NCBI GenBank assembly: GCA_965243135.1
Contig: OZ251539.1
Span: 1,632,001 to 1,696,000, forward strand
DNA length: 64,000 nucleotides
Source: Alphaproteobacteria bacterium
Lineage (GTDB): Bacteria > Pseudomonadota > Alphaproteobacteria > MPNO01 > UBA830
Direction of reading: 5' to 3'
A program made the position numbers and the translations under genes. Positions 60,249 through 64,000 of this stretch are shown here, piece by piece. Positions within the stretch are counted from its first letter, which is position 1. Each line of letters starts with the position of its first letter. Below the pieces are notes generated by a model. The model did not search any database. It was not told the origin of the DNA and saw nothing but the letters and a program-made list of their open reading frames with translations.

Positions 60249-60963
60249 AGCGTCTTTCGCGTCTCCGGAACTCGGAGATCGAGCGTTCAAGGTCGTCCTG
60301 CGTGAAATCCGGCCAGAGCACGTCGGTAAAGACCAGTTCGGCGTAAGCGGCCTGCCACAGCAGGAAATTGCTGATGCGCTGTTCGCCGCTGGTCCTGATC
60401 AGAAGGTCGGGATCGGGGATTTCCGACGTGAACAGCCGGGCCGCGACGGTTCGCTCGTCGATCGCCGCCGGTTCGAGCCGGCCCGCGACCGCATCTTCGG
60501 CGACGCGGCGAATGGCCTCGGTGATTTCCTGTCGGCCGCCGTAGCTGAGCGCGACCGTCACGTCGAGCTTCGCGTTGCCGCATGTCCGGCGTTCGGCCAT
60601 TTCGATCAAGGCTACGATGTCGGGATCCAGTTGCCGCCTTTCTCCGATGAAGCGGAGGCGCACCCCCTCGGCGTCGAGTTTCGCCACTTCCTCGCGCAGA
60701 TAGAGACGCAGGAGCGACATCAGGGCGGAGACTTCCGTCGCCGGCCGCTTCCAGTTTTCCAGGGAAAAGCCGTACAGGGTCAAATAACGGATGCCGAGTT
60801 GGCCTGAGGCGCGAATCGTTCGGCGAACCGCTTTCGCGCCCTCGCGGTGCCCGGCGATCCGCGGAAGGTCGCGAGACTGCGCCCAACGTCCGTTGCCGTC
60901 CATGATGATGGCGACATGAACGGGAAGACAGCCGGAATCTGCGAAGGAACGGGCAGTGTCCAT
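60229..60963 (-). CDS. uppS: Undecaprenyl diphosphate synthase
   Basis: HVAIIMDGNGRWA, FSLENWKRP, RTSGEQRISNFLLWQ. Confidence 0.97.
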   Translation of the reverse strand: MDTARSFADSGCLPVHVAIIMDGNGRWAQSRDLPRIAGHREGAKAVRRTIRASGQLGIRYLTLYGFSLENWKRPATEVSALMSLLRLYLREEVAKLDAEGVRLRFIGERRQLDPDIVALIEMAERRTCGNAKLDVTVALSYGGRQEITEAIRRVAEDAVAGRLEPAAIDERTVAARLFTSEIPDPDLLIRTSGEQRISNFLLWQAAYAELVFTDVLWPDFTQDDLERSISEFRRRERRYGAISA

Positions 60964-61521
60964 CTAGACCTGCAGGATTTCGGCTTCCTTGGCGGCGAAC
61001 GCATCGTCGATGGTCTTGATCGCCGCGTCGGTCAGCGTCTGGATTTCGTCCGTCCAGGCGCGCTGTTCGTCTCGCGACATCTCGCCGTCCTTTTCCATCC
61101 TCTTCAACTTGTCGATTCCGTCGCGCCGGACGTTCCTTACCGCGATCCGGGCCTGTTCGGCGTACTTGCCCGCTATGCGGGTCATTTCCACCCGCCGCTC
61201 TTCCGAAAGCTGCGGTATCGGGACCCGAACCGTCATCCCGTCGGTCTGCGGATTGAGGCCGAGATCGGCCTCGCGTATCGCCTTTTCGACCGCGGCGACC
61301 AGAGACTTGTCCCATACCTGGACCGTGAGCAGGCGCGCGTCCGGGGCGTTGATCGTGCCTACCTGGTTCATCGGCATGCGGCTTCCGTACGCGTCGACGT
61401 TGATCGGCTCCAGCAGCGCAGGCATCGCGCGTCCCGTGCGCAGGCCCGCGAATTCGTCTCCGAGCACCTGGACCGCTCCGTTCATGCGCCTCTTGAGGTC
61501 GTCGATATCAGGATCGGGCAT
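60964..61521 (-). CDS. frr: Ribosome recycling factor
   Basis: LRTGRA, LNPQTDG, VRNVRRD, KEAEI. Confidence 0.96.
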   Translation of the reverse strand: MPDPDIDDLKRRMNGAVQVLGDEFAGLRTGRAMPALLEPINVDAYGSRMPMNQVGTINAPDARLLTVQVWDKSLVAAVEKAIREADLGLNPQTDGMTVRVPIPQLSEERRVEMTRIAGKYAEQARIAVRNVRRDGIDKLKRMEKDGEMSRDEQRAWTDEIQTLTDAAIKTIDDAFAAKEAEILQV

Positions 61522-62257
61522 CGCTGTTCGGTTCCCCGCATGGTTTCTCGGAAATGATCGTAAAGGCGCCGGCGCCTTTGACGACATCGGCGAACGCGTC
61601 GGGATTGTGTATGGAAAAAACCAGAATGGGAATGCCGTTCTCCCGCGCCAGAGAGATCGCCGAGGCGTCCATGACACGAAGATCCCTCGACAAGACCTCC
61701 ATGTAGCTGAGGCGATCATAGCGTTCCGCTCCGTCGACCTTATGCGGATCGGCCGAGTACACGCCATCGACCTGCGTCCCCTTGAAGATGCCGTCGCAGT
61801 TCATTTCGGTCGCGCGCAGAGCCGCCGCGGTGTCGGTCGTGAAATACGGATTGCCGGTTCCCGCCGCGAAAATCACCACGCGGCCCTTTTCCATGTGGCG
61901 CGCGGCGCGGCGGCGGATATAGGGTTCGCAGATGGTGTCCATCGGTATGGCGGACTGCACCCGGGTCGCCACGCCTTCCCTTTCGAGCGCCCCCTGGAGG
62001 GCCAGCGCGTTCATGATCGTGGCCAGCATGCCCATGTAATCGGCAGTGCCCCGCTCGAGGCCCGCCGCCGCTCCGGAGACCCCGCGAAAGACGTTGCCGC
62101 CGCCGATCACCACGCAGACCTGGGTTCCCAGCCCGGTAACGGCGCGAATTTCCTTCGCCACGCGGTCGACGGCTTCGGCGTCGATCCCGAACGGCTGTCG
62201 GCCCATGAGGGCCTCGCCCGATACCTTCAGCAGGACCCGTTTGTAGCGCACGGTCAT
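61508..62257 (-). CDS. pyrH: UMP kinase
   Basis: [26 protein letters not shown]. Confidence 0.97.
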   Translation of the reverse strand: MTVRYKRVLLKVSGEALMGRQPFGIDAEAVDRVAKEIRAVTGLGTQVCVVIGGGNVFRGVSGAAAGLERGTADYMGMLATIMNALALQGALEREGVATRVQSAIPMDTICEPYIRRRAARHMEKGRVVIFAAGTGNPYFTTDTAAALRATEMNCDGIFKGTQVDGVYSADPHKVDGAERYDRLSYMEVLSRDLRVMDASAISLARENGIPILVFSIHNPDAFADVVKGAGAFTIISEKPCGEPNSDARS

Positions 62258-62265
62258 GGCGCGTC

Positions 62266-63198
62266 CTAGCGGCCGGCCTTCGTCGCGGCGACCTCTGCGG
62301 CGAAATCGGTTTCATTTTTCTTGACATCCTCGCCCAGTTGGAACCGGACGAAGCCCGCGACGGAGACCGGAGCGCCGAAGTCCTTGGCCGCCGCGTCGAG
62401 CACGGCCGACACTTTGGATTCGCCATCTATGGAATAGGTTTGGTCGAGAAGGCAGAATTCCTCGTAGAACTTGCGCAACCTGCCTTCGACCATTTTCTCG
62501 ACGACGTTGTCGGGCTTGCCGGTCGAACGGGCCTGTTCGGCAAGAATTTCGCGTTCGCGCTCGATGTCCGCCGGATCCGCATCGCCGCGCGACACCCACC
62601 GGGGGCTGGCCGCGGCGACGTGCATTGCGAGTTTCCTGCCGACTTCCCGCAAGCCGTCCGGGTCGCCGCTCGATTCCAGGGCGACGAGGACGGCGATGCG
62701 CCCCATCCCCGATCCGGGCGCGACCGCGTTGTGCACGTAGCTCGCGACGCAGCCCTCTTCGACGCTCAGGCCTGCGGAACGGCGCAGGTTAAGGTTCTCG
62801 CCGATCACGCCGATCATCTCGACGACCGCCTCGCGAACCGGCTTTCCGCCTCGGGCGGAGGCTTCCATCAGATTGTCGAGGCTGCCGTCCGTCGCTAGCG
62901 CGACCTGCGCAATTTCATCGACGAACGCCTGGAAGTCCGAATTGCGGGCGACGAAATCGGTTTCCGAATTCAGTTCGATCGCGACGCCCTTGCGGTCGCC
63001 GGCCGCGACGGCCACGAGGCCTTCGGCAGCGATGCGGCCGGCCTTCTTGGCAGCGGCGGCCATTCCCTTCTTGCGCAACCAATCGACGGCGCTTTCGACA
63101 TCGCCGTTGGTCTCGGTCAGCGCCTTCTTGCAATCCATCATTCCGGCGCCGGACTTTTCGCGCAGCTCTTTGACCTGCGCGGCCGTTACCTGAGCCAT
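62266..63198 (-). CDS. tsf: Elongation factor Ts
   Basis: [24 protein letters not shown]. Confidence 0.98.
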   Translation of the reverse strand: MAQVTAAQVKELREKSGAGMMDCKKALTETNGDVESAVDWLRKKGMAAAAKKAGRIAAEGLVAVAAGDRKGVAIELNSETDFVARNSDFQAFVDEIAQVALATDGSLDNLMEASARGGKPVREAVVEMIGVIGENLNLRRSAGLSVEEGCVASYVHNAVAPGSGMGRIAVLVALESSGDPDGLREVGRKLAMHVAAASPRWVSRGDADPADIEREREILAEQARSTGKPDNVVEKMVEGRLRKFYEEFCLLDQTYSIDGESKVSAVLDAAAKDFGAPVSVAGFVRFQLGEDVKKNETDFAAEVAATKAGR

Positions 63199-63226
63199 GT
63201 TTCACCTGCGTTCCGTGTTCGCAAAT

Positions 63227-64000
63227 TCAGGTCTGCGTTTCCGCGGCTTCGCCTGCCGCCGTCTCCGCCGCGCCGGATAGACTGTCGGGCGCTTCCGCGG
63301 CCTCGCCTGCCGCCGCTTCCGTCTTGCCGGACGAGGCTTCGGGCGCTTCCGCGGCCTCGCCTGCCGCCGCTTCCGTCTTGCCGGACGAGGCTTCGGGCGC
63401 TTCCGCGGCCTCGCCTGCCGCCGCTTCCGTCTTGCCGGACAAGGCTTCGGGCGCTTCCGCCGCCTCGCCTGCCGCCGCCTCCGTCGCGCCGGATAGACCG
63501 TCGGGCGCTTCCGCGGCCTCGCCTGCCGCCGCCTCCGTCACGCCGGACAAGGCTCCGGGCGTTTCCGTTCCCGTCGCTTCCGTTTCACCGGACGCGTCCG
63601 CGGGCGCGCTTTCCTCGTCAACCGCCAGGGCTTCGACGGGCCCGTCCTCCGATTCGCCTATGTCCGTACCCGATCTGATCGCCTCCTGCTGCAAGCCGTC
63701 GAGAACCGCCGCCGCAACCAGATCGCAGTAAAGCGCGATCGATCGAATCGCGTCGTCGTTGCCGGGTATCGGGTAGGTGATGCCGTGCGGATCGGAATTA
63801 CTATCGATCACCGCGATCACCGGTATGTTCAGCTTCTTCCCTTCCGCCACCGCGATCGCTTCCTTGTTGGTGTCGATGACGAAAATGATGTCCGGGAGGC
63901 CGCCCATTTCCTTGATGCCGCCGAGTGACCGCTCCAGCTTGTCGCGTTCTCGGGTCAGGTTGAGGAGTTCCTTCTTGGTCAGGCCTTCCGCGACTTCGGC
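63227..64000 (-). CDS. rpsB: 30S ribosomal protein S2 (5' end outside window) with long acidic repeat tail
   Basis: LTKKE..., [24 protein letters not shown]; upstream of tsf. Confidence 0.96.
   Translation of the reverse strand, partial: AEVAEGLTKKELLNLTRERDKLERSLGGIKEMGGLPDIIFVIDTNKEAIAVAEGKKLNIPVIAVIDSNSDPHGITYPIPGNDDAIRSIALYCDLVAAAVLDGLQQEAIRSGTDIGESEDGPVEALAVDEESAPADASGETEATGTETPGALSGVTEAAAGEAAEAPDGLSGATEAAAGEAAEAPEALSGKTEAAAGEAAEAPEASSGKTEAAAGEAAEAPEASSGKTEAAAGEAAEAPDSLSGAAETAAGEAAETQT
63239..63566 (-). repeat. In-frame 54-bp tandem repeat, six copies, in the rpsB tail
   Basis: TTCCGC recurs at 63239, 63293, 63347, 63401, 63455, 63509; unit [18 protein letters not shown]. Confidence 0.93.

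Noticed and set aside
63239-63566. CRISPR array
   Set aside because: Repeats are contiguous and in-frame coding, without unique spacers or cas genes

Overview
High-GC alphaproteobacterial chromosome segment (gene content and order resemble Rhodospirillales; lineage is inferred) made almost entirely of core genes. In order: pncC/cinA-pgpA-ispDF (minus), then ntrB-ntrC-ntrY-ntrX-trkA-HAD-hfq-hflX and CIRCE-controlled groES-groEL (plus). Next are an inositol monophosphatase, an Rpn-family gene and an oxidoreductase, then mltB-rlpA-dacA-tmk-holB-metG-tatD-mazG (minus) and an Atm1-type ABC transporter. These are followed by tpiA-secG-pyrG-kdsA-eno-ftsB-pdhABC-lpdA-lipA-coq10 (minus), an orphan, ppiD-trpD-trpC-moaC-moeA-lexA-gltX-gltA (plus), and rpsB-tsf-pyrH-frr-uppS-cdsA-dxr-rseP-bamA-skp-lpxD-fabZ-lpxA-lpxI-lpxB-gloA (minus). 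I saw no rRNA, tRNA, CRISPR array, prophage or intact IS element. Best leads: (i) an Rpn/YhgA-like gene that appears to lack two catalytic aspartates and has LexA-box-like motifs across its promoter; (ii) an orphan with a degenerate HEPN-like motif between tpiA and ppiD; (iii) six 18-aa tandem repeats in the uS2 tail; (iv) dusB, comEC, trpE/G and an MBL hydrolase missing from their usual positions; (v) a long structured gltX-gltA spacer. All family calls come from recognising motifs by eye; no searches were run.
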